Positions 1 through 9,726 of a stretch of 57,396 bases of DNA are shown piece after piece. Under the pieces are notes generated by a model. It was not told the DNA's origin. It ran no database searches and was given only the letters and a program-made list of their open reading frames with translations. The stretch lies in contig DATCLF010000105.1 in assembly GCA_036564055.1 (NCBI GenBank), positions 1-57,396 on the forward strand. Direction: 5' to 3'. Source of the DNA: Spirillospora sp. Lineage in GTDB: Bacteria; Actinomycetota; Actinomycetes; Streptosporangiales; Streptosporangiaceae. The position numbers and the translations under genes were made by a program. The first letter of the stretch is position 1. The number at the start of each line of letters is the position of its first letter.

Positions 1-191
1 TTCTCCAGCACCGCCGCGATGTGCTGCCCCGCCAGCCTCGCGCGCTTGCGGCGTTCGAACCGGGCGAACCGGCGCAGCGGAGGCGGGATCTCCTCGAACG
101 GCAGCGTCCCGATCAGCTCGGCGGCGACCTCCACGACGCACTGCCGCACGGCACCGGGCAGCGGCCTGCTCAACCGTTCGTCGCAGGCCAC
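1..191 (-). CDS. NYN-domain-containing protein, N-terminal part (runs off window start)
   Basis: Minus-strand reading from GTG 191: VACDERLSRPLPGAVRQCVVEVAAELIGTLPFEEIPPPLRRFARFERRKRARLAGQHIAAVLE, with a purine-rich RBS (GGGAAGGGG) upstream. Resembles the N-terminus of the actinobacterial NYN protein usually found at this locus. Not in the ORF track. Confidence 0.6.
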   Translation of the reverse strand, partial: MACDERLSRPLPGAVRQCVVEVAAELIGTLPFEEIPPPLRRFARFERRKRARLAGQHIAAVLE

Positions 192-430
192 AGCGGACCC
201 CCTTCCCGCGCGGTCGTCACCGGGCGCGCAGTCGTCACCGGGCGTTGCCTCGGGGCCGCCGTCGATGGTCCCGCTCCTTCCGGGCTGTGCCGCCGGTGGG
301 CCTTTTCCTGCTGAGCCGTCCGCCCCCCGACCAGCGCGAACAAGTGATCAGACGGATCGCGCCGGGCCCCGCGGCCCCCACCCCGGCGGGACGAGCCGGC
401 ACTGTCTCAACCCTAGCGGGCGAGCCTTTC

Positions 431-452
431 TGTCGGTGGCGTCCTCTACGGT
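431..452 (+). promoter_or_regulatory. RecA-NDp / PafBC-type DNA-damage promoter
   Basis: TGTCGG-N10-TACGGT matches TGTCGG-N10-TAnnnT. It ends 7 nt before ATG 460 (leaderless) of a DNA-repair nuclease. Confidence 0.75.
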
Positions 453-459
453 CGCGCCC

Positions 460-2277
460 ATGACGGCTGCGCACGGTGTCCAGGGGGCCGGCGTCCAGGG
501 AACCCTGGACGATCTCGGTACGCCGCTGTCGGAGGTCACCTTCGTGGTGGTCGACCTGGAGACGACGGGCGGCTCGGCCGCCGACTCGGCCATCACCGAG
601 ATCGGCGCGGTGAAGGTCCGCGGCGGCGAACCGCTCGGCGAACTCGGCACCCTGGTCGACCCGGGCGGACCCATCCCCCCGTTCATCACCGCGCTGACCG
701 GCATCACCACGGCCATGGTGTCGGCCGCGCCGCGCATCGAATCCGTGCTGCCCGCCTTCCTGGAGTTCGCACGCGGCTGCGTCCTCGTCGCCCACAACGC
801 CTCGTTCGACATCGGCTTCCTCAAGGCCGCATGCGCCGAACACGGCTACGACTGGCCCGCGTTCACCGTCATCGACACCGTCGACCTCGCGCGGCGCGTC
901 CTGACCAGGGACGAGGTGCCCAACTGCAAGCTCGCCACGCTCGCCCGGTTCTTCCGCACCTCCACCGAACCGACGCACCGCGCGCTCGCCGACGCCCGCG
1001 CCACCGTCGAAGTCCTGCACGGCCTGATCGAACGGCTCGGGGCGTTCAACGTCACCTCCCTCGAGGAGATGCGCACCTTCGCCAAGGCCCCCACGCCCGA
1101 GCAGCGGCGCAAACGCCACCTCGCCGAGCACGTCCCGTCCGCGCCGGGCGTCTACCTGTTCGAGGACGCCTCCGGGGAGGTCCTCTACGTCGGCAAGAGC
1201 AGCAACCTGCGCGCCCGGGTCCGCAGCTACTTCACCGGGTCGGAGACGCGGCACCGCATCCGCGAGATGGTCGGCCTCGCCGAGAACGTCCGGACGATCG
1301 AATGCGCCACCGGCCTGGAGGCCGAGGTCCGCGAGCTGCGGCTGATCGCCGAGCACAAGCCCCGCTACAACCGCCGCTCCAAGTTCCCCGAGCGCGCGAT
1401 GTGGCTGAAACTGACCGCCGAGCCGTTCCCGCGCCTGTCGATCGTGCGCGAGTGCCGCGCCGACGGCGCCCGCTACCTCGGGCCGATCTCCTCGCGCCGC
1501 CAGGCCGAGGAGGCGCGGGCGGCGCTGCACGAGGCCGTCCCGCTGCGCCAGTGCACCCAGCGGCTCACGCCGCGGCTCATCGAACGCGGCCGGGCCCGCA
1601 CGTGCGCGCTCGCCGAGATCGGCCGCTGCGGAGCCCCCTGCGACGGCCGCGAATCGCCCGACGCCTACGCCGTCCACGTGGAGACGGCCCGTTCCATCAT
1701 GGAGGGCGATGTCCGGCCCGTCGTCGCCGCCGCACAGGTGCGCATCGACCGGCTCGCGTCCGAACTCCGGTACGAGGAGGCCGCCGCCCAGCGCGACCGG
1801 CTCGCCGCGTTCATCCGCGCCGCGGCGCGCGGGCAGCGGCTCGCCGCCCTCGCCCGGCTCCCCGAACTCGTCGCCGCCCGCCCCGGCTTCGACGGCGGCT
1901 GGGAACTGGCGGTCGTGCGGTACGGGCGCCTCGCCGCCGCCGGGACCGTCCCGCCGCGCGCCCACCCCCGCCCCCACGTCGACGCGCTCGTCGCCACCGC
2001 GGAGACGGTCTTTCCCCCCTCCGGCGAGGCGCCCGGAGGCGTCGCCCTCGGCGAACCCCCCTCGGCGGGCGCCACCGCCGAGGAGATGGAGTGCATCCTG
2101 CGCTGGCTCGACCTGCCCGGCGTCCGCCTGGTCGAGGTCCACGGCACCTGGACGTGCCCGGCGCACGGTGCCGAAGGCCTGCGCACGTGGATCGACCGCG
2201 CCTGCGAACACGCCGACGGCACGGCGTCCCGACGGCGCGAGGCGGCCCAACCCGGGGGCGGCCGGCCGCTAAGGTGA
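460..2277 (+). CDS. DEDDh (DnaQ-like) exonuclease fused to GIY-YIG/UvrC-like endonuclease (Rv2191-like)
   Basis: VVDLETTG, AHNASFD and HRALADA exonuclease motifs; GVYLF...LYVGKS GIY-YIG motif; UVR-like YEEAAAQRD. Start trimmed to ATG 460 from promoter spacing. Confidence 0.9.
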   Translation: MTAAHGVQGAGVQGTLDDLGTPLSEVTFVVVDLETTGGSAADSAITEIGAVKVRGGEPLGELGTLVDPGGPIPPFITALTGITTAMVSAAPRIESVLPAFLEFARGCVLVAHNASFDIGFLKAACAEHGYDWPAFTVIDTVDLARRVLTRDEVPNCKLATLARFFRTSTEPTHRALADARATVEVLHGLIERLGAFNVTSLEEMRTFAKAPTPEQRRKRHLAEHVPSAPGVYLFEDASGEVLYVGKSSNLRARVRSYFTGSETRHRIREMVGLAENVRTIECATGLEAEVRELRLIAEHKPRYNRRSKFPERAMWLKLTAEPFPRLSIVRECRADGARYLGPISSRRQAEEARAALHEAVPLRQCTQRLTPRLIERGRARTCALAEIGRCGAPCDGRESPDAYAVHVETARSIMEGDVRPVVAAAQVRIDRLASELRYEEAAAQRDRLAAFIRAAARGQRLAALARLPELVAARPGFDGGWELAVVRYGRLAAAGTVPPRAHPRPHVDALVATAETVFPPSGEAPGGVALGEPPSAGATAEEMECILRWLDLPGVRLVEVHGTWTCPAHGAEGLRTWIDRACEHADGTASRRREAAQPGGGRPLR

Positions 2278-2317
2278 CCGTGGAAACCCGGCGCCGCGAA
2301 ACGAGGACGACCACTGC

Positions 2318-3067
2318 ATGGCACTGCCCCTCTACGACAGCCAGCCAGCGAGGCACGTGCCGTGGGTGACGTACCTGCTGGTCGCCGTCAACGTCGTGGT
2401 GTTCCTGATCAGCCCCATGTCGAACTTCGCCGCCTGGTACGGCCAGGACCGGGTCCGCGAGTGCAACGGGGCGCACTTCACCTACCAGTACGGCGCCGTC
2501 CCCAAGGAGCTGACCACCGGCGACCAGCAGCCGATCCCGGCACAGATCGAACGGTCCTGCGGCCCGGCCACCTTCGACAAGGCGCCCTGGACGTCGGCGT
2601 TCACCTCGATGTTCCTGCACTCCGGGCCCCTGCACCTGCTCGGCAACCTCGTCGCCCTGTTCGTCGTCGGCATGGGCGTCGAAGACCGGCTCGGACGATG
2701 GCGCTACCTGCTCAGCTACCTGGTCTTCGGGCTCGTCGCCGTCTACGGGTTCGCCTGGACGTCCCCGGACTCGCGCGTCCCCCTCATCGGCGCGTCCGGC
2801 GCCATCGCCGGCGTCATGGGCGCCTACATCATCCTCAACCCCAGGGGGCGCATCGTCAGCCTCGTGCCCCCGATCATCGTGATACGGCTGCCGGTGTGGG
2901 TGGTCCTCGGATACTGGTTCGTCCTGCAGTGGCTCTCCCTCGGCGACGAGCAGAGCAACGTCGCCTACACCGCCCACATCTACGGCTTCGTCGCCGGCGT
3001 GGTCTTCGCCCTCCTCGCCCGCCGCGCCGGCCCGGGCGGCCGCCTCGCCGCACTGAGCCGCGGATGA
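2318..3067 (+). CDS. rhomboid family intramembrane serine protease
   Basis: SMFLH...HLLGN, GASG catalytic Ser, AHIYG catalytic His, multiple TM helices. Confidence 0.9.
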   Translation: MALPLYDSQPARHVPWVTYLLVAVNVVVFLISPMSNFAAWYGQDRVRECNGAHFTYQYGAVPKELTTGDQQPIPAQIERSCGPATFDKAPWTSAFTSMFLHSGPLHLLGNLVALFVVGMGVEDRLGRWRYLLSYLVFGLVAVYGFAWTSPDSRVPLIGASGAIAGVMGAYIILNPRGRIVSLVPPIIVIRLPVWVVLGYWFVLQWLSLGDEQSNVAYTAHIYGFVAGVVFALLARRAGPGGRLAALSRG

Positions 3068-3115
3068 CCGTGCCCGGTAGGGTCGGAACGTCGCACATCT
3101 CAGGGGGAGGGTGAA

Positions 3116-3403
3116 GTGGTCACTGCGATCGTGTTCGTCAAGGCCGACGTCGCGCGCATCCACGAGGTGGCCGAGGCGATCGCCGCCCTGGACGGCGTCA
3201 GCGAGGTCTACTCCATCACCGGCGAGCACGACCTCATGGCGATGGTCCGGGTCAGGCGCCACGACGAGCTCAACGACATCATCCCCGGCCGCCTCAACAA
3301 GGTCCCCGGCGTCGTCGGCACCGAGACGCACATCGCGTTCCGCACCTACTCCCAGCACGACCTCGAACAGGCCTTCGCGCTGGGCCTCCCAGACGCTGAC
3401 TAG
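3116..3403 (+). CDS. Lrp/AsnC ligand-binding domain protein
   Basis: EVYSITGEHDL...GVVGTETHI motif; GGAGG RBS before GTG. Confidence 0.88.
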   Translation: MVTAIVFVKADVARIHEVAEAIAALDGVSEVYSITGEHDLMAMVRVRRHDELNDIIPGRLNKVPGVVGTETHIAFRTYSQHDLEQAFALGLPDAD

Positions 3404-3500
3404 CTGTGTTGCCCAGGGGGCTGTGTTGTCCAGGGGGCGACCCCCTGGAACCCCCGTTGCGCGCCCTCGGGCGCAGAGCGCCCCACGGGCGCGCAACCCG
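3403..3500. repeat. REP/MITE-like palindromic repeat (copy 1)
   Basis: GCTGTGTTG(C/T)CCAGGGGG duplicated, GGGGGCGACCCCC hairpin, then a GTTGCGCGCCC...GGGCGCGCAAC hairpin. Related element at about 46230-46380. Confidence 0.55.
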
Positions 3501-3616
3501 CGCAGTGGCTGAGGTCTTGTCCAATGCCCCGGTTCGACTCGGCCGAGTTCGTGGTGAAGCAGGCCCTGCGGTCCCTGTGCTCGTGTGAGGTTGTGAGCAG
3601 TTGAGGGTGGGCTGAG

Positions 3617-4690
3617 TTACGGGCGGAGAGACTGGGTGGTCTCCACCCAGTGGGTGAGGAGGTTCGCCGCGGCCCCGGAGTCGACGGCCGTTGCGGCGCG
3701 TTCGTAGGCGCTGCGCAGGGCCGTCGTCAGGCCTTCCGGGGGCGGGGTTCCCTCGTAGGCGGTGATGAGGGCGGCGGCGTTCAGCAGAACCATGTCCCGG
3801 ACGGGGCCCTGCTTGCCCGCGAACGTGTCGCGGGCCACCTGGGCGTTGAACGTCGCGTCCGCGCCGCGGAGGTCCTCCGGCTTGGCCCGGGGAATGCCGA
3901 GGTCGGACGGGTCGAACGTCGTCTCCGTCGCCTGACCGTCGCGGACCACCCACACCGTCGAGGTCCCGGTGGTCGTCAGCTCGTCGAGACCGTCGTCGCC
4001 GCGGAACACCAGGGACGAGCAGCCCCGGGCGGCGAACACGCCGGCGACGACGCCCGCCATCCGCGGGTGGAACACGCCGACGGCCTGCGACGTGGGCCGC
4101 GCCGGGTTCGTCAGCGGGCCGAGGAAGTTGAACACCGTCGGCGTGCCGAGCTCGCTGCGCGTCCGCGCCGCGTGCTTGAGCGCCGGGTGGTACAGCGGCG
4201 CGAAACAGAAGGTGATGCCGACCTCCTCGGCGACCCGCGCGGTCGCGGCGGGAGGCAGGTCGATGACGACGCCGAGCTCCTCCAGCAGGTCGGCGGCCCC
4301 GCACGACGACGACGCCGCCCGGTTGCCGTGCTTGACGACCCGGACGCCCGACGCCGCCGCCACCACCGCGGCCATCGTGGAGACGTTGACCGTGTGCGCC
4401 CGGTCGCCGCCCGTCCCGACGAGGTCGGCGATCGGCCCCGGCACCTCCAGGGGAGTCGCGTTGTCCATCATGCCCTCGGCGAGGCCGGTCACCTCCTCGA
4501 CCGTCTCGCCCTTGGCGCGCAGCGCGACGGCGAAGCCCGCGATCTGCACGTCGGTGGCCTCGCCGGCCATGATGCTGTTCATGGCCCAGGAGGTCTCCTC
4601 GCTGGACAGCGAGTCCCCCGAGAGCAGGGCGTTGAGGATCGCGGGCCAGGTGGTGCGCGGGTCCCGGTGCGTGGCAGGCATGTTCCCCAC
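3617..4690 (-). CDS. trpD: anthranilate phosphoribosyltransferase
   Basis: GTGGD, NVST, KHGNR, DGLDE motifs. Start could be ATG 4681. Confidence 0.95.
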   Translation of the reverse strand: MGNMPATHRDPRTTWPAILNALLSGDSLSSEETSWAMNSIMAGEATDVQIAGFAVALRAKGETVEEVTGLAEGMMDNATPLEVPGPIADLVGTGGDRAHTVNVSTMAAVVAAASGVRVVKHGNRAASSSCGAADLLEELGVVIDLPPAATARVAEEVGITFCFAPLYHPALKHAARTRSELGTPTVFNFLGPLTNPARPTSQAVGVFHPRMAGVVAGVFAARGCSSLVFRGDDGLDELTTTGTSTVWVVRDGQATETTFDPSDLGIPRAKPEDLRGADATFNAQVARDTFAGKQGPVRDMVLLNAAALITAYEGTPPPEGLTTALRSAYERAATAVDSGAAANLLTHWVETTQSLRP

Positions 4691-4732
4691 AGTTCGGCGT
4701 TCGGGAGGCCGGGTCGGCGGAAGGACCGGGGC

Positions 4733-5155
4733 CTACAGGACGGGCAGGCGGGTCTCGATGCGCTTGCGCATGAGGTCGGCGACCGCGTTCGCGACGGCCA
4801 TGGGGTCGAGCGGAAGGGTCACCACGGCGTCGGCGCGCGACCACGTCGCCAGCCAGCCGTCGTCCCGCCGGGCGACGACGGCGAGGACGGGCGGGCAGTC
4901 GTACACCTCGTCCTTGGCCTGGCGGCACACGCCGAGGCCGCCCGCGGGCTGGGCCTCGCCGTCCACGATCAGGACGTCGATGTCGCCCTCGTCGAGCCGC
5001 TGGACGACGCCCGGCTGGGTCGCCCGCTCGACGAACTCGACCTTCGGGAGATCGGCGGCGGGGCGGCGCCCGATCGCCATCCTGATCCGTGCGCGGGTGT
5101 CCGCGTCGTCGCTGTAGACGAGAACCTTCATGGGGCTCTCCGGGGCGGTGCTCAT
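4733..5155 (-). CDS. atypical stand-alone receiver-like protein
   Basis: KVLVYSDD...DVLIVDGEAQPAGGLGVCRQAKDE...WLATWSRADA; conserved gene divergent from ctaE in actinomycetes. Confidence 0.8.
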   Translation of the reverse strand: MSTAPESPMKVLVYSDDADTRARIRMAIGRRPAADLPKVEFVERATQPGVVQRLDEGDIDVLIVDGEAQPAGGLGVCRQAKDEVYDCPPVLAVVARRDDGWLATWSRADAVVTLPLDPMAVANAVADLMRKRIETRLPVL

Positions 5156-5247
5156 GGACGTGAAGGTTACCGGGTCGCACGCCTGGTGACACGCTCGGGA
5201 ACCCAAGGAGGGGGGTCCTGCACGCCTGGTGGGGTGGGGGCGCAATA

Positions 5248-5904
5248 ATGGCGCCCGTGACAGCTTCCGCGATAGAGACAACCCCTCACGCACGGGCGAA
5301 CCGTCCCAATGTGGTCAGCGTGGGGACGATCGTTTGGCTGTCGTCCGAGCTGATGTTCTTCGCGGCGCTGTTCGCGATGTTCTTCACGATCCGCTCTGTG
5401 ACGATCGGCCAGCACGGGGACGACGCGTGGCCGGGCGCCCACCTGGACCTTCCGCTCTCGTCCGTCAACACGACCATCCTGGTCCTGTCCTCTGTCACCT
5501 GCCAGCTCGGCGTGTTCAAGGCGGAGGCCGGCAAGGTGGGCCGTGACGGCGGGATCCTGAACTTCCGGCGCTGGGGCCTGCGCGAGTGGTACGTCCTCTC
5601 GTTCCTCATGGGGGCCTACTTCGTGGCCGGCCAGGGCTACGAGTACTACAGCCTGGTCACCGAGGAGGGACTGACCTTCGCGTCCTCGGCCTACGGTTCG
5701 ATCTTCTATCTGGCGACCGGCTTCCACGGCCTGCACGTGATCGGCGGCCTCGTCGCGTTCCTGTTCATCCTCGGGCGCACCTACGCCGCGAAGCGCTGGA
5801 CGCACGAGCAGGCGACGAGCGCGATCGTCGTGTCCTACTACTGGCACTTCGTCGACGTGGTGTGGATCGGCCTGTTCTCGGCCGTCTACCTGCTCGACCT
5901 GTGA
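5248..5904 (+). CDS. ctaE: cytochrome c oxidase (aa3) subunit III
   Basis: [27 protein letters not shown] motifs. Confidence 0.95.
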   Translation: MAPVTASAIETTPHARANRPNVVSVGTIVWLSSELMFFAALFAMFFTIRSVTIGQHGDDAWPGAHLDLPLSSVNTTILVLSSVTCQLGVFKAEAGKVGRDGGILNFRRWGLREWYVLSFLMGAYFVAGQGYEYYSLVTEEGLTFASSAYGSIFYLATGFHGLHVIGGLVAFLFILGRTYAAKRWTHEQATSAIVVSYYWHFVDVVWIGLFSAVYLLDL

Positions 5905-5956
5905 CCGGCGCGTTGACCCTGACCGACCACAAGACATGACCCGAACGGGGAATTCC

Positions 5957-6865
5957 GTGAAAAGGATCACCGCATGGCGACGGCGCCCCTGGGCGGGCTA
6001 CGCCGTCGTGCTGGCGGCCCTCGCGGCGATCGGCGTCATCTACGCCGGCTTCACGCCGCAGACCGACCGCGCCGAGGCGTTCGCCGACGCCCAGGCCGCG
6101 CCGGACCTGGAGAACGGGCGTGCGCTGTTCGAGCAGAACTGCGCGAGCTGCCACGGGCAGGACGCCGAGGGCAGCAAGGACGCCGACGGCAACCCGATCG
6201 CGCCGAGCCTGATCGGCGTGGGCGCCGCCGCCGTCGACTTCCAGGTCACCACGGGCCGGATGCCCGCGATGAACCCCGGCGCGCAGGTTCCGCGCAAGGA
6301 GCCGATCCCCCTCTTCAACACCTCGATCAAGACCGACTACGAGGACCCGGAGAGGCGGAAGCAGGCCGAGGAGCAGCTCGCCCAGGCGCGCAAGAACGTC
6401 TCCGATCTCAACGCCTACATCCAGTCGCTGGGCGGCGGGCCCGAGGTTCCACCGGCCTCGGTCGTCGACCCGAAGGGCGGTGACGTCGCCCTCGGCGGCA
6501 AGCTGTTCCGCACCAACTGCGCCCAGTGCCACAACTTCACCGGCCAGGGCGGCGCGCTGACCGGCGGCAAGTACGCCCCGGACCTGCACGACGTCACGCC
6601 CACCCAGATGTACGAGGCGATGCTGACCGGGCCGCAGGCGATGCCGGTGTTCAACGACACCACGCTGACGCCCAAGGACAAGCAGGCGATCATCTCCTAC
6701 CTGGTCTCGGTCCGCGAGGAGCCCAACCCGGGCGGCGTCGGCCTCGGCCGCATCGGCCCGGTGAGCGAGGGTCTCGTCGGCTGGCTCGTCGGGCTCGCCC
6801 TGCTGGTGCTGGCGGCGATGTGGATCACCGCGAAGAAGCCGAAGAAGCTGAAGAAGCAGTCATGA
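5957..6865 (+). CDS. qcrC: cytochrome bcc complex diheme cytochrome c subunit
   Basis: Two heme-binding motifs, CASCH and CAQCH; N- and C-terminal TM helices. GTG 5957 preferred, ATG 5936 alternative. Confidence 0.93.
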   Translation: MKRITAWRRRPWAGYAVVLAALAAIGVIYAGFTPQTDRAEAFADAQAAPDLENGRALFEQNCASCHGQDAEGSKDADGNPIAPSLIGVGAAAVDFQVTTGRMPAMNPGAQVPRKEPIPLFNTSIKTDYEDPERRKQAEEQLAQARKNVSDLNAYIQSLGGGPEVPPASVVDPKGGDVALGGKLFRTNCAQCHNFTGQGGALTGGKYAPDLHDVTPTQMYEAMLTGPQAMPVFNDTTLTPKDKQAIISYLVSVREEPNPGGVGLGRIGPVSEGLVGWLVGLALLVLAAMWITAKKPKKLKKQS

Positions 6866-7974
6866 GCGACGACACCAAGGACACGGCGGGCTCGACCGGC
6901 CCGCGCGAGGGGGGCCGGCGCGAACGCGTGATCGGCACCCCCTCCCCGGCGACGGAGAAGGCCCTCCTCGCCGAGGACGACATCTCGGCGCCCGCGGGCG
7001 CGGGGGAACAGCTCGACGAGGCGTCGGCCAAGCGGGCCGAGCGGATCGTCGCCGCGCTCTTCCTGCTCGCCTTCGCCGCCAGCGTGACGTTCATCGCGTA
7101 CTTCATCGGCTGGAGCGGCCGCGACGGCGGCATGCACGGCGTCGACGACGCCCGCGAGACCAACTTCTGGCTCGGCGGGACGATGGCGGTCGCGTTCCTC
7201 GCGATGGCGACCGGCGTGACCATCTGGGTGCGGCGGCTGATGACCAGCAAGCCGATCGTCCAGGAGCGTCACGAGCTGGCCGCCGACGAGGAGAGCCGCG
7301 CCGCGTTCGCCCGCGACGTCATGGAGGGCGCCGAGGCGAGCGGCATCACCAAGCGGCCGCTGCTGCGCCGGACGCTGCTGCTGGCCGCCGCGCCCCTCGG
7401 CCTCGCGCCGCTCGTGCTGCTGCGCGACCTCGGTCCGCTGCCGGAGAAGAAGCTCCGCAGGACCTACTGGGCCGAGGCGGTCGAGAAGGCGAAGGCGCAG
7501 GGCAAGCGGGGCGTCCGCCTGGTCGTGGACGGCACCAACAAGCCGCTGCGGGTCAGCGACTTCTCCTCGCCCGGCGGGATGATCACCGTCCTGCCGGAGG
7601 GCATGGAGGAGGACCTGCCGCACGACCGGGTCCTCACCGAGGTCGCCAAGGCGGTCACCATCCTCATCAAGGTGCCCGAGGCGGAGTTCAAGCCCGCCAA
7701 GGGCCGGGAGAACTGGCACGTCAACGGCATCGTCGCGTACTCGAAGGTGTGCACGCACGTGGGCTGCCCGGCGGCGCTGTACGAGCAGACCACGCACCAC
7801 ATCCTGTGCCCGTGCCACCAGTCCACCTTCGACGCCACGGACGCGGCGAAGGTCGTCTTCGGGCCGGCGGCCCGGCCGCTGCCGCAGCTCCCGCTGTCGG
7901 TGGAGGACGGGTACATCATCGCGACGAGCGACTACCGTGAGCCCGTCGGACCGAGCTTCTGGGAGCGCGGATGA
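6862..7974 (+). CDS. qcrA: cytochrome bcc complex Rieske iron-sulfur subunit
   Basis: CTHVGC and CPCHQS Rieske boxes, three TM helices; ATGA overlap with qcrC. Confidence 0.95.
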   Translation: MSDDTKDTAGSTGPREGGRRERVIGTPSPATEKALLAEDDISAPAGAGEQLDEASAKRAERIVAALFLLAFAASVTFIAYFIGWSGRDGGMHGVDDARETNFWLGGTMAVAFLAMATGVTIWVRRLMTSKPIVQERHELAADEESRAAFARDVMEGAEASGITKRPLLRRTLLLAAAPLGLAPLVLLRDLGPLPEKKLRRTYWAEAVEKAKAQGKRGVRLVVDGTNKPLRVSDFSSPGGMITVLPEGMEEDLPHDRVLTEVAKAVTILIKVPEAEFKPAKGRENWHVNGIVAYSKVCTHVGCPAALYEQTTHHILCPCHQSTFDATDAAKVVFGPAARPLPQLPLSVEDGYIIATSDYREPVGPSFWERG

Positions 7975-9602
7975 GCGAAACCACGGCTCCGAAGGCCGTC
8001 GAGGGCACGCTCGGCTTCATTGACGAGCGGCTCGGATCGACGACCTTCTTCAGGCGGAACGTCAAGAAGGTCTTCCCCGACCACTGGTCGTTCATGCTGG
8101 GCGAGATCGCCCTGTACTCCTTCGTCATCCTGCTGCTCACCGGGACGTTCCTCACGCTCTGGTTCAAGCCGAGCATGACGGAGGTCGTGTACGACGGCTC
8201 GTACACGAACCTGAAGGGCGTGACGATGTCGGAGGCGTACGCCTCCACGTTGCACATCAGCTTCGACGTCCGCGGCGGGCTGTTGATGCGGCAGATCCAC
8301 CACTGGGCCGCCATCTTCTTCATGGCGGCGCTGGTGGCGCACATGCTGCGGGTGTTCTTCACCGGGGCCTACCGCAAGCCGCGTGAGCTGAACTGGCTCA
8401 TCGGCCTCGGCATGTTCACCCTCGGCATCCTGGAGGGCCTGTTCGGCTACTCGCTGCCGGACGACCTGCTGTCCGGCACCGGTCTGCGGATCACCCAGGG
8501 CGTGACGGAGTCGATCCCGGTCGTCGGGACCTACGTCTACATGTTCCTGTTCGGCGGCGAGTTCCCCGGCACGGACATCATCCCGCGCCTGTACGTGATC
8601 CACATCCTGCTGATCCCGGGACTGCTGCTCGGCCTGATCACCGCCCACATGATGATCATGTGGCACCAGAAGCACACCGCGATGCCGGTCAAGCACCAGA
8701 CCGAAAAGCAGGTCTACGGCTACCCGTTCTACCCGGTGTTCATGGCCAAGACGGGCGCCTACTTCCTGTTCGTCTTCGGTGTCACGGCCCTGTTCGGCGC
8801 GTTCGTCCAGATCAACCCGGTCTGGCTGTACGGCCCGTACGATCCCGCGGGCATCTCCTCCGGCTCCCAGCCCGACTGGTACATGGGCTTCCTGGAGGGC
8901 GCGCTGCGGATCATGCCCTCCTGGGAGATCAACGCCCTGGGTCACACGCTGAGCCTCAGCGTGCTGCTTCCCGCGGCGTTGCCGCTCGGCATCATCATGA
9001 CGGGCGCGGCGCTGTGGCCGTTCGTCGAGGCGTGGGTGACCGGCGACAAGCGGCAGCACCACGTCAACGACCGGCCGCGCAACGCCCCGGTCCGCACCTC
9101 GGTCGGCATGGCCGCGGTCACGTTCTACGGGCTGCTGTGGATCGCCGGCGCGAACGACATCCTCGCCGAGCGGTTCCACATCTCGCTGTTCGCCACGACG
9201 TGGTTCTTCCGCGTCGCGATCTTCGTCGGCCCGGTCCTGGCGTTCATCATCACCAAGCGCATCTGCCTCGGGCTGCAGCGCAAGGACGCCGAGACCGTCG
9301 CGCACGGCGTGGAGAGCGGTGTCATCGTCATGTCGCCGGAGGGCAAGTTCTCCGAGCGGCACGAGCCGCCGCGCGACGAGGAGCGGTACGTCCTGCTGTC
9401 GAAGGAGAACGTCCGGCCCGGGCTGCCCGAGCGGGACGCCCAGGGCGTCCCGGCGGCCAAGGGGCCCGTCGCCCACCTGCGGGCCCGGCTCAACCGCGCG
9501 TGGACCATGGACGACATCCCCGTCGTCGAGCACGAGGAGCACGGGCACGGCGAGGACAAGGCCATCGAGGGCGCCAAGGAGTCCGAGGAGGCCAGGCACT
9601 GA
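7971..9602 (+). CDS. qcrB: cytochrome bcc complex cytochrome b subunit
   Basis: FPDHWSF, IHHWAA, PDWY motif; ATGA overlap with qcrA. Confidence 0.95.
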   Translation: MSETTAPKAVEGTLGFIDERLGSTTFFRRNVKKVFPDHWSFMLGEIALYSFVILLLTGTFLTLWFKPSMTEVVYDGSYTNLKGVTMSEAYASTLHISFDVRGGLLMRQIHHWAAIFFMAALVAHMLRVFFTGAYRKPRELNWLIGLGMFTLGILEGLFGYSLPDDLLSGTGLRITQGVTESIPVVGTYVYMFLFGGEFPGTDIIPRLYVIHILLIPGLLLGLITAHMMIMWHQKHTAMPVKHQTEKQVYGYPFYPVFMAKTGAYFLFVFGVTALFGAFVQINPVWLYGPYDPAGISSGSQPDWYMGFLEGALRIMPSWEINALGHTLSLSVLLPAALPLGIIMTGAALWPFVEAWVTGDKRQHHVNDRPRNAPVRTSVGMAAVTFYGLLWIAGANDILAERFHISLFATTWFFRVAIFVGPVLAFIITKRICLGLQRKDAETVAHGVESGVIVMSPEGKFSERHEPPRDEERYVLLSKENVRPGLPERDAQGVPAAKGPVAHLRARLNRAWTMDDIPVVEHEEHGHGEDKAIEGAKESEEARH

Positions 9603-9622
9603 CCCGTGACCCCGGCGTCAGG

Positions 9623-9660
9623 GGCCCGGCACCGCGACCGCGGTGCCGGGCCTTTCGCTT
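9623..9660 (+). terminator. intrinsic terminator after qcrB
   Basis: GGCCCGGCACCGCG-ac-CGCGGTGCCGGGCC stem followed by TTTCGCTT. Confidence 0.75.
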
Positions 9661-9726
9661 CCCCGCCGGCACCCGGCCGGCGGGGCGTGCCCGTGCCGCG
9701 GCGTCGCTCCGTATCCTGACCGGACG

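Noticed and set aside
213-244. 14-bp direct repeat GTCGTCACCGGGCG
   Set aside because: Isolated duplication in GC-rich intergenic DNA with no further support.
19-459. N-terminal extension of the nuclease ORF
   Set aside because: Antisense to the NYN gene and upstream of the RecA-NDp promoter; ATG 460 fits better.
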